Of a stretch of DNA of 64,000 bases, positions 37,866 through 50,000 are shown one piece after another. Position 1 is the stretch's first letter, and each line of letters starts with the position of its first letter. The position numbers were made by a program, and so were the translations under genes. Source of the DNA: Malacoraja senta (lineage: Eukaryota); NCBI GenBank assembly GCA_038087875.1, contig CM075996.1, forward strand, positions 7,256,001-7,320,000. Direction: 5' to 3'. The notes beneath the pieces were generated by a model, which worked only from the letters and a program-made list of their open reading frames with translations, had not been told where the DNA came from and did not search any database.

Positions 37866-39710
37866 AAGACAGCTGATGTTTCGTTTTATGTGTCGCCTGG
37901 ATAAGTCAGAGAACCACATAATTGAAGCCCTAGTCAGCCCTCTGAAAAGCTGCTATAGATTCACTTCTAGGCTAAGACGGCATTGGTGCAATAGCTTGTA
38001 TATATTATAGGCTAATATGCAATTTTATATGTATTTTTGTATCTCCTTATACTGTTTGATGTGTTCTATGGACCTGTGTCTGAAATAAAGCTTTTATTAT
38101 TGTAATCATGTATTGTCTTTCTGCTGACTGGACAGCGCCCAACTAAAGCTTTTCACTGTACCTCGGTACACGTGACAATAAACTAAACTAGAATCATGAA
38201 GGGATCTACAGGAGTCGCTGCCTCAAAAAGGCAGCCAGCATCATCAGAGACCCAAACCACCCTGGCCACGCTCTCATTTCACCCCTGCCATCGGGAAGAA
38301 GGTACAGGAGCCTGAAAACTGGAACGTCCAGGTTCAGGAACAGCTTCTTCCTAACACGACAAACTCCAACGAAACTCCAAACTGTGAGCTGCTTTGATTG
38401 CACAAGGGACGTTGAGATTTGTTTTTCTTTTACACTGTATCTTTTTTTTGTTAATTTATCAAACTCCATTCCTACCGAGGACTGTGTTTACACACCTGTT
38501 GGGCTGCTGTTTGTAAGAATTTCATTGCTCTGTGTCGGGACATATGACAATGAGACACAAAAGGACACAAAGTGCTGGAGGAACTCAGCGGGTCAGGCAG
38601 CATCTCTGGTGGAAAAAAGGATGGGTGACGTTTCAGGTCGAGACCCTTCTTCAGACTGAACCCGACCCAAATCGTCACCTATGCTTTTTATCCAGAGATG
38701 CTGCCTGATGCGCTGAGTTTGTGTCTATCTTTGGCATAAACCAGACTCTGGCCTTCCTTTCTGCACACGTCTGGACAATATGGATCGGTGAGGTTTCGGG
38801 TTGAGACTTTTTATTCAGTAAAAACCTCTTGATTCTCTTGACTCTTTGAATTTCAAGTCTGTTTAAACTGATGGAACAGGGATGATGATTAGTTTAGTTT
38901 AGTTTCGAGGTACAGCGCGGAAACAGGCCCTTCGGCCCACCGAGTCCGCGCCGACCAGCGATCCTATAGACACACTAGGGACAAATGACATTTATACCCA
39001 GCCATTTAACCATTGTGCGATGAAATTCTGTGTTTCTCTGGAAAAATACAGTTGTGCTTTCCATACTCTTTAACATTGATCAAACTGGCCCATATCAAGT
39101 CACGTCACAGGAGTACAATTAGGCCATTCGGCCCATCGAGTCTGCTCTGCCGTTCAATCATGGCTGTTTAAGAAAGAACTGCAGATGCTGGAAATAATCG
39201 AAGGTAGAGAAAAATGCTGGAGAAACTCAGCGGGTGAGGCAGCATCTATGGAGACCCCTTTGGGTCTTGACCCGAAGCATCACCTATTCCTTCGCTCCAT
39301 AGATGCTGCCTCACCAGTTCAATCACGGCTGATCTATCTCTCCCTCCCAACCCCATTCTCCTGCCTTCTCCCCATAGCCTGCCGCCTGGCATCGTGTCCA
39401 ACAGTGAGAACTTGTGTGCTCATTCCTTCACGAGGCGACACTGAAGAACAATCTTTGCTGTGCATTAAAACCATCTCCGATCAAACATATTTAATCAGTG
39501 ATAATGTTGTGTTCATCAATTAAAGCAACTGAGTTATTTAGGTGTAGGAAGGCACTCCAGACGCTGGTTTACACCGAAGATAGACCCTAAAGAATAACTC
39601 AGTTGGTCAGACAGCATTCCTGGAGAAAAGGAATAGGTGACGTTTTGGGTGGAGACCCTTCTTCAGACTGAGTGACTCCTTCTCTCCAGAGATGCTGCCT
39701 GACCCACTGA

Positions 39711-40184
39711 TAGGGTTGCCAACTTTCTCACTCCCAAATAAGGGACAAAAGGTCATGGCTGGGTGAATGATGAGTTGGGCCGGGTGCTGGACTGCACACA
39801 AAGCCCAGCCGGCGGGCCAGCTGAGGAGTTTTGACCCGGGCCGCGCGACGTCGCGCGCAAAGTCCGGCACCCCATCCAACTCATGAACCGATGAGAAGGA
39901 GGGGTGGTGGTGGTGTCGGCGGTTAGCGAAGGTCCGAAGGTCAGACAGCTGGCCGGGCTGCCGACCGACGGGGCCACGGGCGAGGCGCTGCTGCTGCTGC
40001 ACTCCACGGGCTGCACTACGTCGGGACGGGTGAGGCGGGGCCGGACGCGGCGTTCCGACCCGACAGTCCCCTCAACCCGAGTGGTAGCAGTCAAATACGG
40101 GACAAGTGCGGTCCCGTACGGGACAAACCAATTTAGCCCAATATACGGGAAGTCCCGGCTAATACGGGACAGTCGGCAACCCTA
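39711..40184. mobile_element. Non-autonomous hAT-type element
   Basis: TIR TAGGGTTGCCAACT / AGTCGGCAACCCTA, perfect 8-bp TSD CCCACTGA (39703-10, 40185-92), and subterminal TACGGGA(C) repeats. Confidence 0.88.
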
Positions 40185-40747
40185 CCCACTGAGTTACTCC
40201 AGCATTTTGGGCCTAAGTTATTTAGCTTTAGGCTTATTATTGTCACGTGTTTTAATACGACACTGTGAAAAGATTTGTTTTGCATGTTACCCATCAAATC
40301 AGATACCACTATCTATAAATACAATCAAGCTAGGCAGCACATTGGCACAGTTGGTAGAACTGCAGCCCCACAGCACCAGGGACCTGAGGTCAGTCCTGAT
40401 TTTGAGTGCTGTCTTTGTGGAGTTTGCAGGTTTTCCCTGTGTCGGCATGGATTTCCTCCGGGTGCTCCGGTTTCCTCCGGCACCCCAAGGACATGTGGAT
40501 TGGCCATTGTAAATGGGTAGGAAGTTGAAGAGAATGGTTGGCATGGTGAGCAGAAGGGCCTATTTCAATACTGTATCTCTAAACTAAGCCAAGCTCAAGT
40601 ACGATAGGCAGAGCAAAGCAAAGATACAGAGTGTAGAATATAGCTCTCAGCATTGTAGCGCATCAGTTCCAGAGACAAGTCCAATGTCGCCAATGTGGCA
40701 GAGGTGAATCGGACAGTACCCCGGCCTATAGAGTGTAGGGTGGAATG

Positions 40748-41150
40748 AAGGATGAGAGGCTATCTTATAGAAACATATAACATTCTTAAAAGGGATTGGA
40801 CAGGCTAGATGCAGGAGAAATGTTCCCGATGTTGAGGGAGTCTAGAACCAGGGGTCACACAGTTTAAGAATAAGGGGTAGGCCATTTAGGACTGAGATGA
40901 GGAAAAACGTTTTCACCCAGAGAGTTGTGGATCCATGGAATTCTCTGCCACAGAAGGCAGTGGAGGCCAATTCACTGGATGTTTTCAAGAGAGAGTTAGA
41001 TTTAGCTCTTGGGGCTAACGGAATCAAGGGATATGGGGAGAACGCAGGAATGGGGTACTGATTTTGGATGATCAGCCATGATCATATTGAATGGCGGTGC
41101 TGGCTCGAAGGGCCGAATGGCCTACTCCTCCACCTATTTTCTATGTTTCT
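40748..41150 (+). mobile_element. CR1 LINE 3' fragment
   Basis: Same C-terminal region with a TTTCTATG tail. Confidence 0.82.
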
Positions 41151-41593
41151 ACAGTCTCAAGCTTCTGTATCTTCTGCCTGATGGGAACAGGCAGATGAAG
41201 GAATGACTGAGGATGGACAAGTCTTTGATTATAGACACAAAATACTGGAGTAACTTAGTTGGCTGTGTTTCCAACGTGGCCTGAAGTACAGATGGAGAAA
41301 GGCTTGGATCGGGTGGATGTGGAGAGGATGTCTCCACTAGTGGGAGAGTCTAGGACTGGAGGTCACAGCCTCAGAATTAAAGGACATTCTTTTAGGAAGA
41401 ATGAGGAGGAATTTCTTTAGTCAGTGGGGTGTTGAATCTGTGGAATTCATTGCCACGGAAGGCTGTGGAGGCCAAGTCAGTGGATAGTCTGAAGAAGGGT
41501 CTCGACCCGAAACGTCACCCATTCCTGCTCTCCAGAGATGCTGCCTGTCCCGCTGAGTTACTCCAACTTTTTGTGTCTATCTTCGGATATTTT

Positions 41594-41785
41594 TAATAAT
41601 AATAATAATAATCATTTTATTTACTGGCGCCTTTCTAAAATCCAAGGACACCTTACAATGCATAGAATCACAACAAAACAAAAAAACACATAATCGGAAT
41701 AAATAAAATAAAAAAAACACCACAGTACACAAATCAAGGACAGAATTAAATTTCAAAAGCACCAAAAGAAAATAAAAAACACAAT
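41594..41785 (-). mobile_element. L2 LINE 3' tail
   Basis: Minus strand TGTAAGGTGTCCTTGG..AGAAAGGCGCC..TAAATAAAATG(ATT)n. Confidence 0.65.
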
Positions 41786-42199
41786 TTGAGGCAGAGATAG
41801 GTAGATTCTTGATTAGTACGGGTGTCAGGGGTTATGGGGAGAAGGCAGGAGAATGGGGTTGGGAGGGAGAGATAGATCAGCCATGATTGAATGGCGGAGT
41901 AGACTTGATGGGCCGAATGGTTAAATTCTACCACTATCACTTATGACCTTATGAGTCAATGGCAGGGAGTCTGGTCTGTGTGGAAATAAGGAACTGCAGG
42001 TGTCGGTTAATATACAAAAGGATACGAAGTGCTGAAGTAACTCAGCAGGTTATGCAGCACTGCTTGAGAACATGGACAGGTGATGTTTGGGATCGAGACC
42101 CTGCTGTGATGCACTAGGCTACATCCACATTCTCTGCAATTTCTTGCTGTCTTGGGTAGAGCTGTTCCCAAAGCAAACTGTGATGCAACCTAACATTTG

Positions 42200-42875
42200 T
42201 CCCTTCTCACCCAAACCACCCCCTCCCCGGGCACTTTTCCTTGCAACCGCAGGAAATGCTACACTTGTCGCTTTACCTCCCCCCTCGACTCCATCCAAGG
42301 ACCCAAGCAGTCTTTCCAGGTGCGGCAGAGGTTCACCTGCACCTCCTCCAACCTCATCTATTGCATCCGCTGCTCCAGGTGTCAGCTGCTCTACATCGGT
42401 GAGACCAAGCGCAGGCTTGGCGATCGCTTCGCCCAACACCTCCGCTCGGTTCACAATAACCAACCTGATCTCCCGGTGGCTCAGCACTTCAACTCCCCCT
42501 TCCTTTCCGAATCCGACCTTTCTGTCCTGGGCCTCCTCCACGGCCAGAGGGAGTCCCACCACAAATTGGAGGAGCAGCACCTCATATTTCGCTTGGGTAG
42601 TTTACACCCCAGCGGTATGAACATTGACTTCTCCAATTTCAGGTAGTCCTTGCTTTCTCCCTCCTTCCCCTCCCCTTCCCAGCTCTCCCACAGCCCACTG
42701 TCTCCGCCTTTTCCTTTCTTCTTCCCGCCCCCACCACCCCCACATCAGTCTGAAGAAGGGTCTCGACCCGAAATGTCGCTTATTCCTCCTATCCACAGAT
42801 GCTGCCTCACCTGCTGAGTTTCTCCAGCATTTTTGTCTACCTTCGATTTTTCCAGCATCTGCAGTTCCTCCTTAA
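42200..42875 (+). mobile_element. Penelope-like retroelement 3' fragment (GIY-YIG + terminal repeat)
   Basis: ORF 42197-42646 has NLIYCIRCSRCQLLYIGETKRRLGDRF..HFN..GMNIDFSNF, followed by the terminal repeat with CTGAAGA..GAAA at about 42749. Confidence 0.9.
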
Positions 42876-43434
42876 ACATTGTGCTTAGTATGGTGCATCT
42901 GGAGAAGTTTGTAAAAGTCACTGGAAACATATTCAAATTCCCCAATCTCCTGAGGAAGCCTTCTTGGATGTTCTTTATGAATATCTTTCGGTGACTTAAA
43001 AAATAAAATGACCTTCAGGTGAAATATCGGGCACTCTTATTAAAATTCTGATTTTGATTATAAATGTATTTTCAACTGCATTCATAGCACTTTATCAAAA
43101 CTGTGTTGATCCCTTATTACTGAGGGGAATTAGATAGTTTCTCTCAAATTATAGAGTCATAGAGCGATACAGTATGGAAACAGGCCCTTCGGCCCAACTT
43201 TCCCACAGCGGTCAACATGTCCCAGCTACACTAGTCCCACCTGCCCGCGTTCGATCCACATCCCTCCAAACCTGTCCTATCCATGTCTAACTGTTTCTGA
43301 AATGTTGGGATAGTCCCTGCCTCAACTACCACCTCTGGCAGCTTGTTCCATACACCCATTGTGTGAGAATGTTCCCCCTCAGATTCCTATTAAATCTTTC
43401 CCCCTTCACTTTAAACCTATGTCCTCTGCTCCTC

Positions 43435-43764
43435 GATTTACCCTACCCAGCAAGCGATGCTGATTTACCCTACCCAGCAAGCGGTGCTGATTTACCCTAC
43501 CCAGCAAGCGATGCTGATTTACCCTACCCAGCAAGCGGTGCTGATTTACCCTACCCAGCAAGCGATGCTGATTTACCCTACCCAGCAAGCGGTGCTGATT
43601 TACCCTACTCAGCAAGCGGTGCTGATTTACCCTACCCAGCAAGCGGTGCTGATTTACCCTACTCAGCAAGCGGTGCTGATTTACCCTACCCAGCAAGCGA
43701 TGCTGATTTACCCTACTCAGCAAGCGGTGCTGATTTACCCTACCCAGCAAGCGGTGCTGATTTA
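43435..43764. repeat. 27-bp minisatellite, 12 copies
   Basis: Unit GATTTACCCTACCCAGCAAGCG(G/A)TGCT. Confidence 0.95.
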
Positions 43765-44190
43765 GTGAGACGTTTACTTCAGTGCAAATGAATTTTAGCA
43801 GAAACGTGAAGTAAGACCCATTTTGAAGTGTGATATTCCAATTACCCCAGAATGGAGGGGAACTGTGGTGTGACCCTCACCACCCTGGCCACACACTCAT
43901 TTCACCTCTGCCATTGGGAAGAAGATCCTGGAGCCTGAATACTGTAACAACCATATTCAGGAACAGCTTCTTCCCTAGCCATTCGGATATTAAACACTAC
44001 AACCTCAAATAAACTCTGAACTACATGAGCTATCATTCTTATTATTGCACTATTGTTGTTTATTTTTTGTGAGTATGTATGTGTGCATGTATATATATAT
44101 ATATAATCTACATATATGTGTATTTTGTGAGCATGTGTGGAAATATACACACTGAACTTTTTCTCTCTCGTCTATTATATTGTCACGCTT

Positions 44191-44960
44191 TAGACAATAG
44201 ACAATAGGTGCAGGAGTAGGCCATTCGGCCCTTCGAGCCAGCATCGCCATTCAATGTGATCATGGCTGATCATCCCCAATCAGTACCCCGTTCCTGCCTT
44301 CTCCCCATATCCCCTGACTCTTGAAAGCATCCAGAGAACCGGCCTCCACCGCCCTCTGAGGCAGAAAATTCCACAGACTCACCACTCTCTGTGAGAAAAA
44401 GTGTTTCCTCGTCTCCGTTCTAAATGGCTTACTCCTTATTCTTAAACTGTGGCCCCTGGTTCTGGACTCCCCCAACATCGGGAACATGTTTCCTGCCTCT
44501 AGCGTGTCCAAACCCTTAACAATCTTATATGTTTCAATGAGATCACCTCTCATCCTTCTAAACTCCAGAGTGTACAAGCCCAGCTGCTCCATTCTCCCAG
44601 CATATGACAGTCCCGCCATCCTGGGAATTAACCTTGTAAACCTACGCTGCACTCCCTCAATAGCAAGAATGTCCTTCCTCAAATTAGGGGACCAAAACTG
44701 CACACAATACTCCAGGTGTGGTCTCACTAGGGCTCTGTACAACTGCAGAAGGACCTCTTTGCTCCTATATTCGATTCCTCTTGTTATAAAGGCCAACATG
44801 CCATTCGCTTTCTTCACTGCCTGCTGTACCTGCATGCTGACTGATGTACAAGGACCCCCAGATCCCGTTGTACTTCCCCTTTTCCCAACTTGACGCCATT
44901 TAGATAGCAACTGCCTTCCTGTTTTTGCTACCAAAGTGGATAACCTCACGTTTTTCCGCA
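44191..44960 (-). mobile_element. CR1 LINE 3' fragment, (CTATTGT)n-tailed subfamily
   Basis: ORF with LYRALVRPHLEYCVQFWSP..RGDLIETYKI..TRGHSL..FFSQRVV.LWN. Confidence 0.9.
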
Positions 44961-45295
44961 TTTAACTGCTTTGAGCGTGAGAGTCGCGCATTTCAGCCAA
45001 TCCTCACGCTCTCACGCTGATGACAGAATTCTCACGCTGTCTTCAGTCCCTGCACAGTTTGTCTCTTTGCGCCACATCACAGCGAACTGTGCGGTCTGGG
45101 GAAGCGCGACGGTTGACGGCTGTGAGTGACCTCGCTTCTCTTCTCTCTTGGTCGGATGTGCAGCCGCCGACAACATGAAGCAGCCGGAGATGGAACTAAC
45201 CAGGTGAATCGGTTGTAAAACATGGGGGGGGGGGGGGGGGGTTCTAGATGTTTGGCCTCATTGTGGTTTCCCCCCCCCCCCCCCATGTTTTACAA

Positions 45296-46960
45296 CATAG
45301 AAACATAGACATAGAAACATAGAAAATAGGTGCAGGAGTAGGCCATTCGGCCCTTCGAGCCTGCACCGCCATTCGATATGATCATCCAACTCAGTGTTCC
45401 ATCCCTGCCTTCTCTCCATACCCCCTGATCCCTTTAGCCACAAGGGCCACATCTAACTCCCTCTTAAATATAGCCAATGAACTGGCCTCAACTACCTTTT
45501 GTGGCAGAGAATTCCACAGATTCACCACTTCTCTGTGTAAAAAATGATTTTCTCATCTCGGTCCTAAAAGACTTCCCTCTTATCCTTAAACTGTGACCCC
45601 CTAGTTCTGGACTTCCCCAACATCGGGAATAATCTTCCTGCATCTAGCCTGTCCAACCCCTTAAGAATTTTGTAAGTTTCTATAAGATCCCCCCTCAATC
45701 TTCTAAATTCTAGCGTGTACAAGCCGAGTCTATCCAGTCTTTCTTCATATGAAAGTCCTGCCATCCCAGGAATCAGTCTGGTGAACCTTCTCTGTACTCC
45801 CTCTATGGCAAGAACGTCTTTCCTCAGATTAGGAGACCAAAACTGTATGCAATAATCCAGGTGTGGTCTCACCAAGAACCTGTACAACTGTAGTAGAACC
45901 TCCCTGCTCTTATACTCAAATCCTTTTGCTATGAATGCTAACATACCATTTGCTTTCTTAACTGCCTGCTGCACCTGCATGCCTACTTTCAATGATTGGT
46001 GTACCATGACACCCAGGTCTCGTTGCATCTCCCCTTTTCCTAATCGGCCACCATTCAGATAATAGTCTACTTTCCTGTTTTTGCCTCCAAAGTGGATAAC
46101 CTCACATTTATCCACTGCATGTGCCATGTATTTGCCCACTCACCCAACCTATCCAAGTCACCTTGCAGCCTCCTAGCATCCTCCTCACAGCTAACACTGC
46201 CCCCCAGCTTCGTGTCATCCGCAAACTTGGAGATGTTGAATTCAATTCCCTCATCTAGATCATTAATATATATTGTAAATAGCTGGGGTCCCAGCACTGA
46301 GCCTTGCGGTACCCCACTAGTCACTGCCTGCCATTCTGAAAAGGACCCGTTTACTCCTACTCTTTGCTTCCTGTTTGCCAGCCAGTTCTCTATCCACATC
46401 AATACTGAACCCCCAATACCGTGTGCTTTAAGTTTGCATACTAATCTCTTATGTGGGACCTTGTCGAAAGCCTTCTGAAAGTCCAGAAATAACACATCCA
46501 CTGGTTCTCCCTTATCCACTCTACTAGTTACATCCTCGAAAAATTCTATAAGATTCGTCAGACATGATTTACCTTTCATAAATCCATGCTGACTTTGTCC
46601 AATGAATTCACCACTTTCCAAATGTGCTGCTATCCCATCTTTAATAACTGACTCCAGAATTTTCCCCACCACCGATGTTAGACTAACTGGTCTGTAATTC
46701 CCCGTTTTCTCTCTCCCTCCCTATTTAAAAAGTGGGGTTACATTAGCTACCCTCTAATCCTCAGGAACTACTCCAGAATCTAAAGAGTTTTGAAAAATTA
46801 TCACTAATGCATCCACTATTTCTGCGGCTACTTCCTTAAGTACTCTGGGATGCAGCCTATCTGGCCCTGGGGATTTATCAGCCTTTAATCCATTCAATTT
46901 ACCTAACACCACTTCCCGACTAACCTGGATTTCACTCAGTTCCTCCATCTCATTTAACCC
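45296..46960 (-). mobile_element. CR1 LINE 3' fragment with disrupted reverse-transcriptase domain
   Basis: QHGF..KSCLTNL..LDFQKAFDKVPH..GVPQGSVLGP..FADDTK motifs split over frameshifted ORFs; (TTTCTATG)n tail. Confidence 0.92.
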
Positions 46961-47432
46961 CCGGTGAGGCCCGTAACCCGAGGAGTCAGGGCGGGCGATT
47001 TGACCTGGGAACGGCAGCCAGTCCCTGGGATGCGAGCTGATCTGGGAACTGCAGCCAGTCCCGGGACACGCAGAATGGAAACTTGATCAGTGTGGACAAA
47101 TTGGGCCAGCCATGTACATGTTGTATAACTCTGACTCTATGCGGATCTGAGTGGGCTTAGAAATACCATTTAAGCAAAATTGCCCTCACTTTCCCCATTT
47201 TGATTCTTCAGATTAATATCCCTTTGCTCAGTTAAAAGCGTTAAAGTACTTATGAGGTAGAGTCAGGAAAGGGAACATGTTATTTTTTGTTAGTTTGCTT
47301 TAATTTGTTAGTTGATAGCTAGTTGACTGCCATAATTTCTGAAATGGTCTTAAAGTAACAACTGTTATAAAGCAGTAATAAGTGATTTTTGTCCAAACAA
47401 TTGAAACTTGCATAAAATGTTTGCATTATTAG

Positions 47433-47515
47433 CAGGGCTGCCAACTCTCACGCATTGAGCGTGAGAGTCACGCATTTCACAAAATTCTCACGCTGATCCC
47501 AAATTTCTCACGCTC
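47433..47515. mobile_element. hAT-like terminal fragment
   Basis: CAGGGCTGCCAACTCTCACGC end with repeated CTCACGC subterminal motifs. A related fragment lies at about 44970-45040. No partner end found. Confidence 0.5.
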
Positions 47516-47739
47516 AAAAATCTGCAGGTGCTGGAAGTTCAAAATAAAGCAAAAATTGTTTTTGAGGTGAGTAAAAACCACGAGGGGAAAATGTGAACGC
47601 ATAGTCTTTTTCCTGGGATATGTGATTCAAGAACTAGAGGGCATTGGTTTAAAGCAGGACTGTCAAACTACCGGCCCGTGGGATGAGTTTTGGGGAAAAA
47701 AAAGTAGTTTAGTTTCTCCCGTGCAGATGGTGTGATAGG

Positions 47740-48140
47740 TGAGACATGGCGGTGGTCCCAGCACCGACCCCCCTCCCCCTTCCCCCCCGAGGCACCGCTC
47801 ACACCTCCCACCCTCACCTCTGGCGGCTCTGTGTCCGTCGGCCGCTCTGTCCACACCCATGGAGTTTTAACCCTGGCCCGGAGCCAGGAGCGGACCGGGT
47901 GAGTGGGGGCGTCGGTGCCGCCTCCGGAGCCGCGGGGATGAATCTAGGGCTAAGGCTCCGCTCCGATGCCCGACCCCCAGGTCACTGACCCTCACCTCCC
48001 CCGGATCCCAGCTGGACACAGAGCATCTGGGCAGGCCCGCATTCCCGGGAGGGGGGGGTGGGGGAAGAGACGGGGGGGGGGGAGGGGGGAGGGGGGAGGG
48101 GGGAGAGGGAAATGCTCCCCGGGCATCGCCAAGTCACCGC
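47740..48140. promoter_or_regulatory. GC/CpG-rich unique island with G-runs and two minus-strand donor sites
   Basis: High GC with CpGs. GAG|GTGAGG donors on the minus strand at 47996/47995 and 47818/47817. Dense G-tracts at 48046-48108. Confidence 0.45.
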
Positions 48141-49279
48141 TCACTCTGGATGTTGTTACCGCTTCACTGACACACACTCTCACACACACACTGGCACACA
48201 CAAGGTTTAAAGGGATATGGGGCAAATGCGGATAAATGCGACTAGTTTAGATGGGGCATGTTGATCTGCATGAACAAGTTGGGATGAAGGGCCTGTTTGC
48301 TTGTTGTAAGACTATGACACATTCTAGAAAGGGTGCAATTGCTCTGGAGAGGATCCAGGGGCGATTTCTGAAGATGTTGGCAGGGCTGGAATTTTTTTTT
48401 TTCACTTTGAAGAAGGATTTGATAACTGGGATTGTATTCTCTGCAGCAACAGAGGTGAAGAAAAAACTTAGTTGAGGTGAATAATATTATGAGAATAGGA
48501 CCTGTGTCACTTAACAAAGAGTGTAGGAATGAACTGCAGATGCTTCTTTAAACTGAAGATAGACATTAAAAACAAAAAAAGCTCATCAGGACAGGCAGCA
48601 TCTCTGGAGAGAAAGAATGGGTGATGTTTCAGGTCGAGACCTTCAGACTGAAGAGGTTGAAAACCAGCCATAAAACACAATGACTGGACGTGTGTTATCC
48701 AACTAAGGGCAGAAATCAGAATCATGTGTTCATCTTTATTGACGTGACACCATAATAAATATATTACAGAAAAAAAAGAATTTAATGGGGTGGCACGGTG
48801 GCGCAGTGGTAGAGTTGCTGCCTTACTACCACATGGGTTTTCTCTGGATATTCCGGTTTCTCCCACATCCGAAAGAAGTGCAGGTTTGTAGGTTAATTGG
48901 CTTCTGTAAATTGTCCCTGGCTTGTTGGATGGAACTGGTGTATGATAGATTGCTGGTCGGTGTGGACTTGGTGGGCTGAAGGGCCTGTTTCCATATATAT
49001 GTTTTACACATATATCTTAATTTCATTGAACCATATACGATTGAATATGTGGCATTATTTTTGTCTTGTTTCTATAGTCAAAGGATAAGGTTGATTGATT
49101 TATTTGTGCAGAACAGTGATGGAAGTCCGACTTGCCTTGTTTCTCCGTTTTTTTTCACTCTATACATGCATAACAGCATGAATTATAATCTGATTTCCAT
49201 ACATGAATATAATCATTCAGGTGCTGCAACTGTTGATCAGAGCCTGGCTCTACTGTGGAATGTGATTAGGAATGTAATT

Positions 49280-49405
49280 GGGGTGGGAGATTGCAACCTT
49301 CGACGAATGCAATCAACCTGGCGTGCACAATCAAATAAGATCAAATAGAACAAGTTGTCCTACAACTTTAGGCTGTGCACGCCATACGCAAGAAGAAGAA
49401 GAAGA
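49280..49405 (+). mobile_element. 126-bp structured non-autonomous retroposon with (AAG)n tail
   Basis: Perfect 12-bp TSD AGGAATGTAATT (49268-79, 49406-17). Ends CCATACGC(AAG)n and has three hairpins. Confidence 0.82.
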
Positions 49406-49659
49406 AGGAATGTAATTTAACCTAACCTGATTCATACCTAATCCAATTTAAAGCATAAATGTTGCATTCAAGTGTAAGTTAAAAGACTCGCTACAGTATG
49501 CACCAGATTGCACAATTTCAAGCTGAAAAATGTAAAAGCTCCCTACTTTACAGTGCACTATGTTTACACATTCTGTAAAAAAAATCGTTGTTCTATCTGG
49601 GACAAATGGCAATAAAACACTCTTATCTTGACTCTTGAACTGCTGTCCCTTTAAGAAAC

Positions 49660-50000
49660 CATGCCACTGGCTTCGTGAGTCTCCGCCACCATTCGGCTGT
49701 CCCGCCGCCCCTCGTCTCCTCCTCGGCAATCTCCGTAAACACTCGGGCGCCTCCGTGCCTCTCCGCCCTCCCCGCGTCCTTCCCCGCTTCCGCTCGGCTC
49801 CCCCCTCCCGGCCGGAGCCGGTCGGCCGGCGCGCCGCGCACCCTGGGAGTTGGAGTACCGGTTCCGGCGGCGGCGCCCTCCGGCCCCACGGCCAGCGTCG
49901 GGGATCGGCGACTACAACGTCCGGCATGCCGTGCGGCGCCCGCGCCTGCGCGCTGGGCGGGCGAGCGGACAGTGCATTGTGGTAAGATGGTGGCTTCTCC
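49660..50000. promoter_or_regulatory. CpG-island promoter (housekeeping/bidirectional type)
   Basis: Very CpG-dense. ZNF143-type ACTACAAcgtCCGGCATGCCGTGCG at 49911-49935 and a second reverse ZNF143-like site (rc TACCACAATGCACTG) near 49970-49984. NRF1 GCGCCTGCGC at 49942-49951, ETS GCTTCCG at 49786-49792, GC boxes. Confidence 0.8.

Noticed and set aside
45296..46960. Functional reverse transcriptase gene
   Set aside because: 5'-truncated and frameshifted CR1 relic.
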